From: an uncultured Verrucomicrobiota bacterium
Lineage (GTDB): Bacteria; Verrucomicrobiota; Verrucomicrobiia; Limisphaerales; CAZZJO01
Reading direction: 5' to 3'
Assembly: GCA_964654645.1 (NCBI GenBank)
Contig: CAZZJO010000007.1
Location: 33,706 to 97,705 of the forward strand
Length of the DNA: 64,000 nt
The translations under genes and the position numbers were made by a program. Below are positions 20,393-31,800 of the stretch, in pieces. Every line of letters begins with the position of its first letter. The first letter of the stretch is position 1. Under the pieces are notes generated by a model that searched no databases, was not told the origin of the DNA, and worked only from the letters and a program-made list of their open reading frames with translations.

Positions 20393-20854
20393 AAAACTGT
20401 TTTTTAAAAAGACGAAATTTTCCCCTCCAAACCCCTTAATTTCTTATATACTACTTTCCTAGTTTTGGCAAGGGCTGATTTCGCAATCTAAGAATCCGAA
20501 CAAACAAACTTTTATCTACTTAGCTAAAAACGTGCGTAGGAGAGAATTTTAAAACTTAAGCGCGGCTCGATTCTGCCCAGGTAGCCGTAGCTGTGGTTGC
20601 CTATTTTGGTACCCCCAAAAACCATAAATTACCCCACTTCCTACTTCTTTCCAATCGAACGGAAGGCCTTGATTTCTAAAGTTATTGCACGTAGTGGTTT
20701 TAGGTGTTAAAAACTCAAATCCCTGGATTCTGTACACTGACCCGGCGAGGGAAAACAACAGGATACAAAACCCCAAATATTCTTGAGTCTATGTCAAATG
20801 ACTATCTACCCCAAGACATTCCGCAAAATATCGCATGTCTACCGCTGTTGACTC

Positions 20855-22123
20855 CTATTCCCCTTTGATCCGTTGAATTCGAGCCCCCAGTTGGGCTAGT
20901 TTGGAATCTATTTTTTCATAACCCCTGTCAATATGGTAAATACGGTGGACAATGGTCGTGCCTGAAGCCGCTAATCCAGCTATCACAAGTGCAGCGGAAG
21001 CTCTTAGATCGCTAGCCATTACGGGAGCTCCACTCAACGGTCTTCCACCTTTAACAATAGCTGTAGGTCCCTCCAGCTGAATCTCTGCACCCAGTCTTGT
21101 TAATTCACTGATGTGCATGAACCTCGACTCAAACACACGCTCAGTTATGACGCTTATTCCAGGGGCGAGTGTCATTAAAGCCATTAACTGTGCTTGGACA
21201 TCGGTGGGAAATCCAGGGTACGGTAAAGTCGTCACCTCAATAGGCTTAAGGTTTTCTGTGCCTTGGACGTAAATAGTTCCATTTTTGTTATTCCAATCTA
21301 TAAGCACCCCTGCTTCTTGTAATTTATCTAATACGGCGTGCATATGATCTGGCCGTGCCCCTTTTATAATTGCTTCCCCTTTGGTAGCCGCTACCGCGAT
21401 TATATAAGTTGCCGCCTCTATTCTATCGGGGATTATTTCGTACTCAGCCCCATGAAGCTTTTCTACCCCTTGAATCTTAATTGTAGGAGAGCCGGCACCC
21501 TCAATTTTAGCCCCCATTGCCTTTAAAAAGTTTGCTAAATCTACGATTTCTGGTTCACATGCTGCACTTTCAATCACCGTTTCACCCTCAGCTAATACAG
21601 CTGCCATCATCACATTAGCCGTGCCTAAAACGGTGGAGCCGTTTCTACCACCCAAAAAAATCTCAGCACCCCGGAGTCGATCCGCCTTGGCATGAACATA
21701 CCCCCTTTCAATTTTTACTTGAGCAGACAAAGCTGTAAAGCCCTTCAAATGTAAGTCTATTGGTCTAGGTCCGATTACACATCCTCCGGGCAATGAGACT
21801 ACACATTCTCTCAACCTACCCAAAAGCGGACCCATCACACACACGGAAGCTCGCATCTGCCTCACTAACTCATAATCAGCAAAAGGTTTAAGTTCCCGTG
21901 CACAAATCTTCACCATGCCGTTGTTAAACTCCACCTCCGCCCCCAGGGATTGAAGCAATCGGCACATGAAACGGACATCACTCAAATCTGGGACCCGGCG
22001 GATTACGCAGGGTTCGCTGGTCAAAAGTGCAGCAGCCATTATTGGCAATGCTGCATTCTTAGCTCCGCTTATCTGAACCTCCCCTTGTAAAGGCACACTT
22101 CCGTGAATTAAAAGGCTTTCCAT
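20855..22123 (-). CDS. murA: UDP-N-acetylglucosamine 1-carboxyvinyltransferase
   Basis: ISGAKNAALPIMAAALL and the active-site Cys loop (LPGGCVIGPRPIDLHL). The full-length 422-aa protein has MurA architecture. Confidence 0.95.
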   Translation of the reverse strand: MESLLIHGSVPLQGEVQISGAKNAALPIMAAALLTSEPCVIRRVPDLSDVRFMCRLLQSLGAEVEFNNGMVKICARELKPFADYELVRQMRASVCVMGPLLGRLRECVVSLPGGCVIGPRPIDLHLKGFTALSAQVKIERGYVHAKADRLRGAEIFLGGRNGSTVLGTANVMMAAVLAEGETVIESAACEPEIVDLANFLKAMGAKIEGAGSPTIKIQGVEKLHGAEYEIIPDRIEAATYIIAVAATKGEAIIKGARPDHMHAVLDKLQEAGVLIDWNNKNGTIYVQGTENLKPIEVTTLPYPGFPTDVQAQLMALMTLAPGISVITERVFESRFMHISELTRLGAEIQLEGPTAIVKGGRPLSGAPVMASDLRASAALVIAGLAASGTTIVHRIYHIDRGYEKIDSKLAQLGARIQRIKGE

Positions 22124-22146
22124 ATTTGCTCAAATACCATGGCAAA

Positions 22147-23064
22147 TTATTGCAATCTAGACCATACCGCCGTCAAGAACCGTGGCTGTCCTCCGTCATC
22201 GTTTACTATTTGAATATCAGACCAACCACATGCGCTAAATAACTCCATTAACTTTTGTTCTTGGCCATCTCCAAACTCTACCATTATTACTCCATGATCC
22301 TTTAGAACTCTACCACCATGCTCGGCTAGATGCTTCAACACTTGCAACCCATCAGCACCCCCATCTATCGCTATTCGCGGTTCGTAGTCACGAATTTCTG
22401 GCTGTAACTTAGGAATTTGTTCAGTGGGTATGTAAGGTGGGTTAGAAACTAAAAGGTCCACTTTTGGACCTTCACACAGCGTTAAAATGGAATCTGCCTT
22501 AATGAATTCAATTCTATCCTGCACGCCATGACGAGCTGCATTTTCGCGCGCCACCTCTAACGCCCTCTCTGATGCATCAACAGCTAATATTTGCGCCTTG
22601 TGACAATTCACAGCCAGATATACTGCAATGCAGCCACTACCCGTTCCATAATCAATCACCTTTAAATAGGAACTCCTGTCACTGCTTTTTACTTTTGAGG
22701 CTGCTTCGGTCAAATCTAAAGTCTTTTTACTGATTTCTTTCAAATATTTTACGCACAATTCAGCCAGAATTTCTGTTTCAGGCCGCGGGATTAAAACTGC
22801 TGGCGTTACCTTAATCTCGAGTCCACAAAAATTCACGCTTCCTAAAATGTATTGTAGAGGTTCATGTTTGGCTCGCCTCAAAATCATATCTCGTAGCGCA
22901 TCAATCTGTTGAGGTTGAAGCTGCCGTTCGAAATTCAAATAGAGATCCATGCGCTTTATCCCAAGTAGATGGGCTAAAAGAAGCTCTACTTGCAAACGTG
23001 GTGAATCAATCCCTTTCCGCTCAAGAAACTCAGTGCCTTTTCTGATAGCTTCAAGGACGGTCAC
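22147..23064 (-). CDS. prmC: Peptide chain release factor N5-glutamine methyltransferase
   Basis: SAM-binding motif DYGTGSGCIA and the NPPY motif (LVSNPPYIP). GTG start. Confidence 0.9.
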   Translation of the reverse strand: MTVLEAIRKGTEFLERKGIDSPRLQVELLLAHLLGIKRMDLYLNFERQLQPQQIDALRDMILRRAKHEPLQYILGSVNFCGLEIKVTPAVLIPRPETEILAELCVKYLKEISKKTLDLTEAASKVKSSDRSSYLKVIDYGTGSGCIAVYLAVNCHKAQILAVDASERALEVARENAARHGVQDRIEFIKADSILTLCEGPKVDLLVSNPPYIPTEQIPKLQPEIRDYEPRIAIDGGADGLQVLKHLAEHGGRVLKDHGVIMVEFGDGQEQKLMELFSACGWSDIQIVNDDGGQPRFLTAVWSRLQ

Positions 23065-23127
23065 TTTTACACTTGTAAGAATAGTTGAAGGTAAAATTCA
23101 CTCGTTCGTAACGCGACCAAGACTGCG

Positions 23128-24504
23128 TTACCCTTCCATTAAATCCTTGCGCGCTCCCGATAAGAACTGCTCTACAAAGCTTGTGGTATAACTTCCGCGT
23201 CTAAAGTTCGGGTCTTGTAAAACCGCCTGTAAAAAGGCTGTGTTAGTTTTAATACCTGTAACCGTAAATTCTGCCAATGCCCGGTTCATCCTAACCAAAG
23301 CTTCGTTTCGGTCACGTCCTTTTGTAATTAACTTAGCTAGCAATGAATCATAATAAGGAGGGACGACATAGCCACCATAAATATGCGTGTCAACCCGCAC
23401 GCCTAATCCGCCTGGTATATAACACATATCAATCAATCCAGGACTAGGGCGAAAGCCATCCAATGGATCCTCAGCATTAACCCTACATTCAATGGCGTGT
23501 CCCATGAATTTTACATCGCCCTGTGAAATTTTTAGGGGTTCACCCATTGCAATGAGTATCTGCCACTTCACAAGGTCTATACCAGTGACTTCTTCGGTAA
23601 TGGGATGTTCAACCTGAATGCGTTTATTCACCTCCAAAAAATAGTAGTTCCCATGCTCATCTACCAGGAATTCAACAGTTCCCGCACCTGTATACTTGGC
23701 AGCCTCTGCAATTCTAATAGCTGCGCGTCCAAGACGCTCACGGAGCTTGCGGTGCTTATTTTCAATTAGCGGGGAAGGGGTTTCTTCAATTATTTTTTGG
23801 TGTCTACGCTGGATAGAACAATCTCGCTCACCCAAATGGATTATATGCCCCTTTTGATCTGCAAGGATTTGAACTTCTATATGGTGAGCTCCTTCGATGT
23901 ATTTTTCAACATATACTCCGGGATTACCGAAGGACTTTTCAGCTTCTGCCATTGCCATGCGTAACCCTTTCACTAAGGATATGTCATTGTGAGCAATACG
24001 CATCCCTCTGCCTCCCCCACCAGCAACCGCTTTTATCATTACGGGATACCCGATTTTTTTTGCAATGCTTAACGCATCTTGCTCATTCTTTACAGGGCCA
24101 TCAGATCCTGGAGGTACGGGTACACCAACTTTGATCGCAAGGGCACGGCTCACAGCTTTATCAGCCAGCACCATCATTGCCCTGGAACTTGGCCCGATAA
24201 ATTTTATGTTACAACTTTCGCAAACCTCGGCAAAATGCGGGTTCTCTGCCAAAAAACCATACCCTGGATGAATTGCATCAACATCGGCAATTTCCGCCGC
24301 ACTAATTATCCTATCAATCCGCAAATAACTATCAGTTGCAGGCCCACTTCCAATACAAATAGCCTCATCTGCTAACTGCACATGCATCGAATTAACATCC
24401 GCCTCCGAATAAACAGCAACTGTCCGGATGTTAAGATCCCTACACGCTCTAATTATGCGGACAGCTATCTCCCCCCTGTTTGCGATCAAAATTTTCTCAA
24501 ACAT
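23128..24504 (-). CDS. accC: Acetyl-CoA carboxylase, biotin carboxylase subunit
   Basis: [37 protein letters not shown] and [14 protein letters not shown]. Confidence 0.95.
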   Translation of the reverse strand: MFEKILIANRGEIAVRIIRACRDLNIRTVAVYSEADVNSMHVQLADEAICIGSGPATDSYLRIDRIISAAEIADVDAIHPGYGFLAENPHFAEVCESCNIKFIGPSSRAMMVLADKAVSRALAIKVGVPVPPGSDGPVKNEQDALSIAKKIGYPVMIKAVAGGGGRGMRIAHNDISLVKGLRMAMAEAEKSFGNPGVYVEKYIEGAHHIEVQILADQKGHIIHLGERDCSIQRRHQKIIEETPSPLIENKHRKLRERLGRAAIRIAEAAKYTGAGTVEFLVDEHGNYYFLEVNKRIQVEHPITEEVTGIDLVKWQILIAMGEPLKISQGDVKFMGHAIECRVNAEDPLDGFRPSPGLIDMCYIPGGLGVRVDTHIYGGYVVPPYYDSLLAKLITKGRDRNEALVRMNRALAEFTVTGIKTNTAFLQAVLQDPNFRRGSYTTSFVEQFLSGARKDLMEG

Positions 24505-24546
24505 GGGAATTTATTCAAACGTTAAGGTTTGGAAAGAACAAATCAC

Positions 24547-25035
24547 CTAATCTTTAAGCCGTACTTTGAAAAGTGGCTGACCGAATTCGACTGGCACACC
24601 GTTCTCCACTAATACTTCCGTGATTACCCCAGTAACTTCTGCTTTGATCTCATTCATCACCTTCATAGCTTCAATAATGCAAACTACAGTCTCAGGATTT
24701 ACTTCCGAGCCAATATCTACATAGGGCGGTGCATCAGGCGCCGGTGCACGATAGAATGTCCCAACCATGGGAGATTTGATTTCTACTTCAGCTGTTCCCA
24801 CTCGCAGGGTGTCAGTTGAAATTTGCGTTTTTGGAGCCGAAACTTTAGTTTGCAAAGCTGGCGCAGCCCCAGCCTCAATATTTGCCGAGACTTGCTTACC
24901 TTCCTCTTGCATTTCTTCCGCACCAGCAGCGTTTCGCTTAATGTAAATTCGGAAACCATCTTTTTCCATCTCGAACTCCGATAAGGAGTTCTTCTTCATC
25001 AATTCTATTATTGCTTTGATGTCCTTAAGATCCAT
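24547..25035 (-). CDS. accB: Acetyl-CoA carboxylase biotin carboxyl carrier protein
   Basis: Biotinylation motif EAMKVMNEI, an Ala/Pro-rich linker and a position upstream of accC. ATG 25035 is preferred over TTG 25074. Confidence 0.9.
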   Translation of the reverse strand: MDLKDIKAIIELMKKNSLSEFEMEKDGFRIYIKRNAAGAEEMQEEGKQVSANIEAGAAPALQTKVSAPKTQISTDTLRVGTAEVEIKSPMVGTFYRAPAPDAPPYVDIGSEVNPETVVCIIEAMKVMNEIKAEVTGVITEVLVENGVPVEFGQPLFKVRLKD

Positions 25036-25107
25036 ACACTTTGTTGTTGTTTTTACGCTAAATTTATTGGCCAAAAACGCTTATTTATGGCCACGCAAAT
25101 TGGGACT

Positions 25108-25542
25108 TCACTTTTTCAAAAAATATACCAACGCATCGAGAGCAAGTAGGTAGGAAAAGTGTCCAAATCCCGAAATTTGGCCTACACACACATCCGATAT
25201 CATAGATCTGTGCCTAAATTCCTCACGCGCGTATACGTTACTCAGGTGAACTTCAACCGTGGGTATGTTCACAGCGCTAATTGCGTCTCGGATTGCAATA
25301 CTCGTATGCGTATAAGCAGCCGCATTTAGGATTAACCCATCAAATTTTCCGCGGGCCTCTTGAATCCAACTAACTAACTCCCCTTCGTTGTTAGATTGGC
25401 GAAAGTCAATTTCCACTCCCAAATGAACCGCCTTCTCTTTAAGCATGGTTTCAATCTGGGCCAACGTCACGCTTCCATAAATCTCTGGTTGACGCTGCCC
25501 AAGCAGATTCAAATTAGGCCCATTAAGAACCAATACCTTCAT
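25108..25542 (-). CDS. aroQ: Type II 3-dehydroquinate dehydratase
   Basis: [39 protein letters not shown] and VEVHLSNV. Confidence 0.9.
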   Translation of the reverse strand: MKVLVLNGPNLNLLGQRQPEIYGSVTLAQIETMLKEKAVHLGVEIDFRQSNNEGELVSWIQEARGKFDGLILNAAAYTHTSIAIRDAISAVNIPTVEVHLSNVYAREEFRHRSMISDVCVGQISGFGHFSYLLALDALVYFLKK

Positions 25543-26206
25543 TTTTGTGTTGTCTACAATTTTAAATATTTAAATGGGGTTGTCGACTCAATTTCGCTAA
25601 TGCTGGCTAGACCGTCACTCAATCGATACTCACAGAAATTAAGAAGGTGGCGCTGCAATGCTGAGACATAAATCAAACAAAACTTACTCGGCAACCCTCT
25701 AACATCTCATACATAAAACTTGTTTAAAACCAACCGGCTGTATTTAAGCTAGCGATTATGCTTAGGGCCTCCTGCTAATACCACCCTACCATCCACATTT
25801 CAAAAACTCTGAGATATGTTAGATATAATTATGCCCGCCCTTCAAACTCATGACACACTCAGGCGGAGCTCTTTAATTTTAAGTACTGAAGTGTTGCAAG
25901 AGTGCCCGAATTATGGTGATTACAGCTAGCACCCTTTCGAGATATAACGCTGCACTTCCCCACCTCCTTCTATACAACTAACACGTGGTAGCTGGTAAAA
26001 CAGATTTGCTAGGTTAAAATGCAGGATCCAAAAAACTTTTTATGCCACCGGATTAAATAAAGATAACACGCTCCATCTTTGCACGATCATGAAATTAAGG
26101 TAGTTTAACATTGCAGCTCAAAAATTCCTCTTTAGTTGTAATCCAAATGGAATTAATACTCCTCGTCGCCTTTCCTCTGCTCCAACAATGTCAATTTCAG
26201 CCTACC

Positions 26207-26626
26207 TTAGCCTAACTTTCTTAATACCCTTAACGCTTTTGCTACATCCCTTTCAGAATCAAAAACTATATAACATGCAAATCGCCGGCCGATTACCATT
26301 GCGTCTAGTTCTCGCATGTTTATTCCTTGGCTGCCTAATTTATCCGCAATTACAGATCCCAAACCGGGCTTATCAACGCCCTCCACTCGTACCACGTACA
26401 TCCCTTCAACCTTCTTGAACCCTGCCGCTTCAGCAGTCGCCGCCGCTTTCTTACCTCTTATCGGGCCGATTAGTACCATCCCCTGACCTGGTTTGTCGGG
26501 CTCACGGCGCGCTAAAATAACTTCCAAGTTTATCTTAGTATCCGCAAAACCCTTAAGGATTTTAGCCAGTGCACCGGGTTTGTCCTCTACTGTTACTGAC
26601 CAAAGCTCAACTTTTTGCGCATTCAT
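26207..26626 (-). CDS. Tandem ACT-domain small-molecule-binding protein
   Basis: Two repeats of the ACT-like pattern (VTVEDKPGALAKI... and VEGVDKPGLGSVIADKL...). The protein is 139 aa. Confidence 0.7.
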   Translation of the reverse strand: MNAQKVELWSVTVEDKPGALAKILKGFADTKINLEVILARREPDKPGQGMVLIGPIRGKKAAATAEAAGFKKVEGMYVVRVEGVDKPGLGSVIADKLGSQGINMRELDAMVIGRRFACYIVFDSERDVAKALRVLRKLG

Positions 26627-27213
26627 ACCAATGGTAGGAAGTCTATAAGTTGCCTAGTTTACGGTTGCGCTCCGCAGTTCACAACAACTACAAGATGCAC
26701 TTTAAACACTTAAATTTTAACTGTCAAACAGTTAATGCATTAAAAGCCCATGGGCAAAATGCTCATGGGCCTTAAAAATCCTCGCCCACGCCATAGTGGA
26801 AGATTTATTTAACGTCAAGCAATTCAGAAACTTAGCTTAAACTTACAACGTCTACCTAGCAAAAACCTCTAGTCCGATGTCGCGATTAAACCCCGCCAAA
26901 AAGTAACCTGCATAGCAGTCAAAAACACTGTACAGAACATCAAAATCCGAGCACTTTGACGCCAGGGGCACTACAGTGCGTGGTTTCCAGTACTTACAAT
27001 TTTCCGCGAAAAGTTATAAATTTAACTCTTGAAATTCCTTAGAGTTGCTACATTTAAACCACACAATGCAGCAAAAGCATCAGTCAAAAAGCTATTATAG
27101 CAATAGCTTCTAGACTGGTGGGAACATAATCTGGCGACTTATATTTGCTTTGTCGTAATACAGATTTCCACTTTGCAAACAGAAGTTAATGCCTTAAAAA
27201 TCTGCAGTTGAAA

Positions 27214-28818
27214 ATGCCAAAACATTTTGAACCAGAAGTACAAATTTACGATACGACCTTGCGCGACGGCGCACAGGCCGAGGGAATTAATTTTTCCGTG
27301 TCCGACAAGCTTCGCATTGCTAAGAAGCTCGACGAATTTGGGATTCACTTCATTGAGGGTGGTTGGCCAGCCTCAAATCCCAAAGACGCCGAGTTTTTTG
27401 CATTAGCAAGAAACATCAAATTTAAAAACGCAAAGCTCGCAGCTTTTGGGGCTACAAGGCGGAAAGGATTAAAAGCGGCTGCTGATCCACAAGTAAAAAT
27501 GCTCGTGGAAGCAGGTACTCCTGTGGTTACCGTTTTCGGAAAAACATGGTTACTTCACGTACACCACGTCCTACGCGTTACGCCTGAGGAAAATTTAAAC
27601 ATGATAATAGACACCATCCGTTACCTTAAAAACCATGGGAAAATTGTATTTTACGACGCAGAACACGCCTTCGACGGCTACAAAGCCAACCCTGAGTACG
27701 CAATCAAAACTGTAAAAGCCGCGGAAGAAGCGGGGGCCGATATGGTCGTTCTTTGCGACACCAATGGCGGTTCCCTCCCCCGAGAAATTTATGATATAAC
27801 TAGCGAAATCAAACGTCATTTGAGGGCCCCCTTGGGGATCCATACACACAATGATGCTGGCCTTGGGGTTGCTAATGCAATAGCTGCAGTTGAGGCAGGA
27901 GCAATCCAAATCCAAGGTACAATCAACGGCTACGGCGAACGTACAGGGAATTGCAATCTCACTACCACCATTCCAATACTAGTTCTTAAGATGCGCAAGC
28001 GATGTATACCTGAAGAGTCGCTAAGAAAATTAAAAGAGCTATCGCATTTTGTGGACGAGGTGGCTAACGTGCGCCACAACCCTAGACAGCCATGGGTAGG
28101 TGACGCAGCTTTTGCCCATAAAGGGGGAACGCACGTGAACGCAATAATGAAAATCATTAATAGCTACGAACATGTGGATCCAGCTTTAGTGGGAAACACC
28201 CGTAAAATTCTCATAAGTGACCAGTCAGGGCGCAGCAACCTCATAGCCAAAGCCAAAGAACTAGGATTCAAGTTGTCTGAGGATTCACCTTTAATCCGTG
28301 AGTTACTAAGTAAAATCAAGAAACTCGAACATCAAGGGTACGAGTTTGAAGCCGCTGAAGGGTCACTTTATTTATTGCTACTTAAAACACTAAATAAGGT
28401 TTCATCCCCCTTTGAAGTACTAGGTTTTCATGTTTCCTTGCGGCGCGACGGTGTAAATACGATCTGTGAAGCAACAATTAAGGTAAGAGTCGATAGCAAA
28501 ACCGCACACACTGTTGCTGAGGGTGATGGCCCTGTAAACGCATTGGACAAAGCACTAAGAAGCGCCTTGGTTTCATTCTATCCACAGCTAGAAAAGGTGG
28601 AACTAGTGGATTACAAAGTAAGAATCCTCGAAAGTACGCGTGGAACAGGCGCAACTACCAGGGTTTTAATTGAATCCAGTGACGGTCAACACCAATGGGG
28701 AACCGTTGGCGTAAGTGAAAACATCGTTGAAGCCAGTCTTCAAGCTCTCGTCGATAGCTACGAGTACGCCCTACTTAAGTTCATCCGCAAAAAAAGAGCT
28801 TCTAAACCAGCTCATTGA
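27214..28818 (+). CDS. cimA: Citramalate synthase (LeuA/CimA family)
   Basis: IYDTTLRDGAQ, HTHNDAGLGVANA, AFAHKGGTHVNA and a C-terminal LeuA-dimer-like regulatory domain. ATG 27214 lies just inside the TTG 27208 ORF start. Confidence 0.85.
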   Translation: MPKHFEPEVQIYDTTLRDGAQAEGINFSVSDKLRIAKKLDEFGIHFIEGGWPASNPKDAEFFALARNIKFKNAKLAAFGATRRKGLKAAADPQVKMLVEAGTPVVTVFGKTWLLHVHHVLRVTPEENLNMIIDTIRYLKNHGKIVFYDAEHAFDGYKANPEYAIKTVKAAEEAGADMVVLCDTNGGSLPREIYDITSEIKRHLRAPLGIHTHNDAGLGVANAIAAVEAGAIQIQGTINGYGERTGNCNLTTTIPILVLKMRKRCIPEESLRKLKELSHFVDEVANVRHNPRQPWVGDAAFAHKGGTHVNAIMKIINSYEHVDPALVGNTRKILISDQSGRSNLIAKAKELGFKLSEDSPLIRELLSKIKKLEHQGYEFEAAEGSLYLLLLKTLNKVSSPFEVLGFHVSLRRDGVNTICEATIKVRVDSKTAHTVAEGDGPVNALDKALRSALVSFYPQLEKVELVDYKVRILESTRGTGATTRVLIESSDGQHQWGTVGVSENIVEASLQALVDSYEYALLKFIRKKRASKPAH

Positions 28819-28823
28819 CGTCT

Positions 28824-31800
28824 ATGAGTGAAATTCCAAAAGCCTACGATCCGCGGTCTGTTGAAAACCGCTGGTATTTTTATTGGGAGAGTTCGGGATT
28901 CTTTTATGCAAATCCGGCTTCAAGCAAACCAGCGTATTCCATAGTTATTCCTCCCCCAAATGTGACTGGCGTCCTTCACATGGGCCATGTATTGAACAAC
29001 ACAATCCAAGACATTCTTGCCCGCAAAGCCCGCATGGACGGGAAGGAAGTGCTGTGGTTACCAGGTACAGACCACGCGGGCATTGCCACTCAAGCGGTTG
29101 TAGAAAAGCATTTACAAAAGCAAGGTATCATGAAGCACCGCGAAGAGCTGGGGCGCGAAAAGTTTCTTCACTATGTATGGGAATGGAAAGATAAACATGG
29201 GAACATCATAATTCAGCAGCTAAAACGCCTCGGTTGTTCGTGTGATTGGAGTCGTCTCCGATTTACGCTTGACCCTGAATATTCTGCGTGCGTCCAGAAA
29301 GTTTTCATTTATCTCTACCGCAAAGGCCTTATCTACCGTGGTATGCGAATGGTTAATTGGGATCCGGCTTCGCGAACCGCCATTTCAGACGAGGAAGTTG
29401 AAATGATCGAGGTAAAAGGTCACCTTTGGTACATAAAGTACCCAATTATTGATCCAAATACAGGGGAACCTTCGGAGTCAGCATATCTTGTGGTAGCTAC
29501 TACCCGCCCGGAAACTATGTTGGGCGACGAGGCAGTGGCGGTAAATCCAGCCGATGAACGGTATAAATCCTACGTGGGTCTAAAAGTCCTCCTCCCCATA
29601 AAAAACAAACCCATCCCTGTAATTGCAGATGAATTAGTGGACCCTGAATTCGGCACAGGTTGTGTAAAAGTTACTCCCGCCCATGATCCCGCAGACTATC
29701 AAATCGCACTTCGGCACAATCTACCATTCACCATTGTTATCGGGCAAGACGGTCGGATGACTGCAAATGCTGGACAGAAATTCGCTGGGCTCGATCGAAT
29801 GGAAGCTCGAAAAGCCGTAGTCGAAGAACTCGAAAAACTAGGTTATCTCGTTAAAACCGAGAACTATACTCACAACGTTGGGTATAGCCAACGTAGCCAT
29901 GTGCCTATTGAACCGTACCTAAGCGAGCAATGGTTTCTACGGTACCCGGCAGTTGAAATTTCACGAGAAGCCGTTGCAAAAGGTATCATCAAGTTTCATC
30001 CCGATCGTTGGGCTAAAGTATACGACCATTGGATGGCTAACATCAAAGACTGGTGCATTAGCAGGCAGTTATGGTGGGGTCATAGAATACCAGTATGGTA
30101 TAATAGAACAGCTTTCCAGCTTTTGGAGAAAAGGTTAATCCCCATAACAATTACCGGTATCGAGCCCGCCATTACTAACCACATCCGTTTGCCAGCGAAG
30201 CCTATTTACAACCCAAACGCCTCCAAAATGCTTTATGTGAAAGACCCCTCAGAAATCACAATTACAAATTGCGAGCTCCTAACCCAAGCCACCCAAGATC
30301 AAATTAAACAAATCTTTGAATCAGCCTTATACCTCGGACTAACACCGCCAGGTGAAGATGTGGGGCCAGTGCCAATTCACAACTTTTTACACGCACTCGT
30401 TTACGAAGGCCAGCTATACGCCCTTCGTATTGCTTGTGTCGAAGAAAATGGTATGCTTTACGTCCGAAAACTTTTGCTGCAACGTAGCGAAACAAACCCC
30501 GTATTGCCAAGAGTTCAAATCCAAAATCTTACTCAAGATAATGCACCTAAAAATAGCGTAACTGTTCGGGAATTAATCCCCGATCCATATCGTGACCCGG
30601 CCTTTACACTAGCACGAATGGAAAGCCCTGCCGACGGATGGGAGCAGGATCCAGACGTGTTAGATACGTGGTTTAGCTCATGGCTATGGCCATTCGCGAC
30701 GATGGGTTGGACAGGCAATCCTGAGGCAGACGCCAAAAACCCAACGCTTAACAGGTTTTACCCAACCACCGACCTTGTAACAGGACCTGATATTATATTC
30801 TTTTGGGTAGCACGAATGATAATGGCTGGTTACGAGTTCACAGGAAAACCGCCTTTCTATAACGTGTACTTTACAGGAATTATTCGCGATAAACTTGGGC
30901 GGAAAATGAGCAAAAGCCTTGGTAACTCACCTGACCCACTCGAGCTTATCGACAAATATGGAGCCGATGCACTCCGATATGGTACAATTCGCGCTGCACC
31001 ATTGGGTCAAGACGTTTTATTTGACGAAAAGGATGTCGAACTAGGACGCAACTTTTGTAACAAAATTTGGAACGCATGCAGGTACAGGCAACTGCAAGGC
31101 GGTCCCGTACTTCAACCTATAAACCCAAACCTTCTCACAACAGATGATCGTTGGATTTTACACTGCCTTAACAATGCAATAGTAAATCTCACCTCAGCAC
31201 TAGAAGGATACAGATTCAATGAGGCAACCCACATCCTCTATCGCTTTTTCTGGGCAGAATTTTGCGATTGGTACCTAGAAACCACAAAAGCTATTGTAAC
31301 ACGTGGGAAACACCAGGACAAAAGGTTAAACACATTAGCTGTAATCGATTTCGTACTGCATGCCTCTCTACGAATGTTTCATCCGTTCATGCCACACATC
31401 ACCGAAGAGTTGTGGCACTCCATGGGATTTGCTGCACACCATGATCCCGATACGGGTGGTAAAACAATTATGTTTGCACCCTGGCCAAAACCACTTTCTG
31501 AACAACAAATTCAGTTTTACGGAATCACAAGCCAAGTCATTGATTTTATCCAACATCGGAATGAGCTTGTTACAAAGGGAAGGAATCTTAAACGTGAACT
31601 AAACATACCAGCCTCTAAAAAAGTGAACTTTGTTTTAGTTCCTGAAGTTGACCTATCTGAAGACGATCTAGAGGTGCTTCGTATATTACTCGGGGCCGAA
31701 ACCTTGGAAGTAGTGAAAGTATATCAAGTGCTGCGAGGCACACCTGTGATACATTCTGTACTTGGTTCACTTTATTTACCGCTCGCAGGCGTAGTTGATA

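Noticed and set aside
30102-30638. Whether the ValRS insertion is a mini-intein.
   Set aside because: There is no Cys/Ser/Thr at the N-terminal junction, no TxxH block B, and no terminal His-Asn followed by a nucleophile. The flanks are not a clean extein junction.
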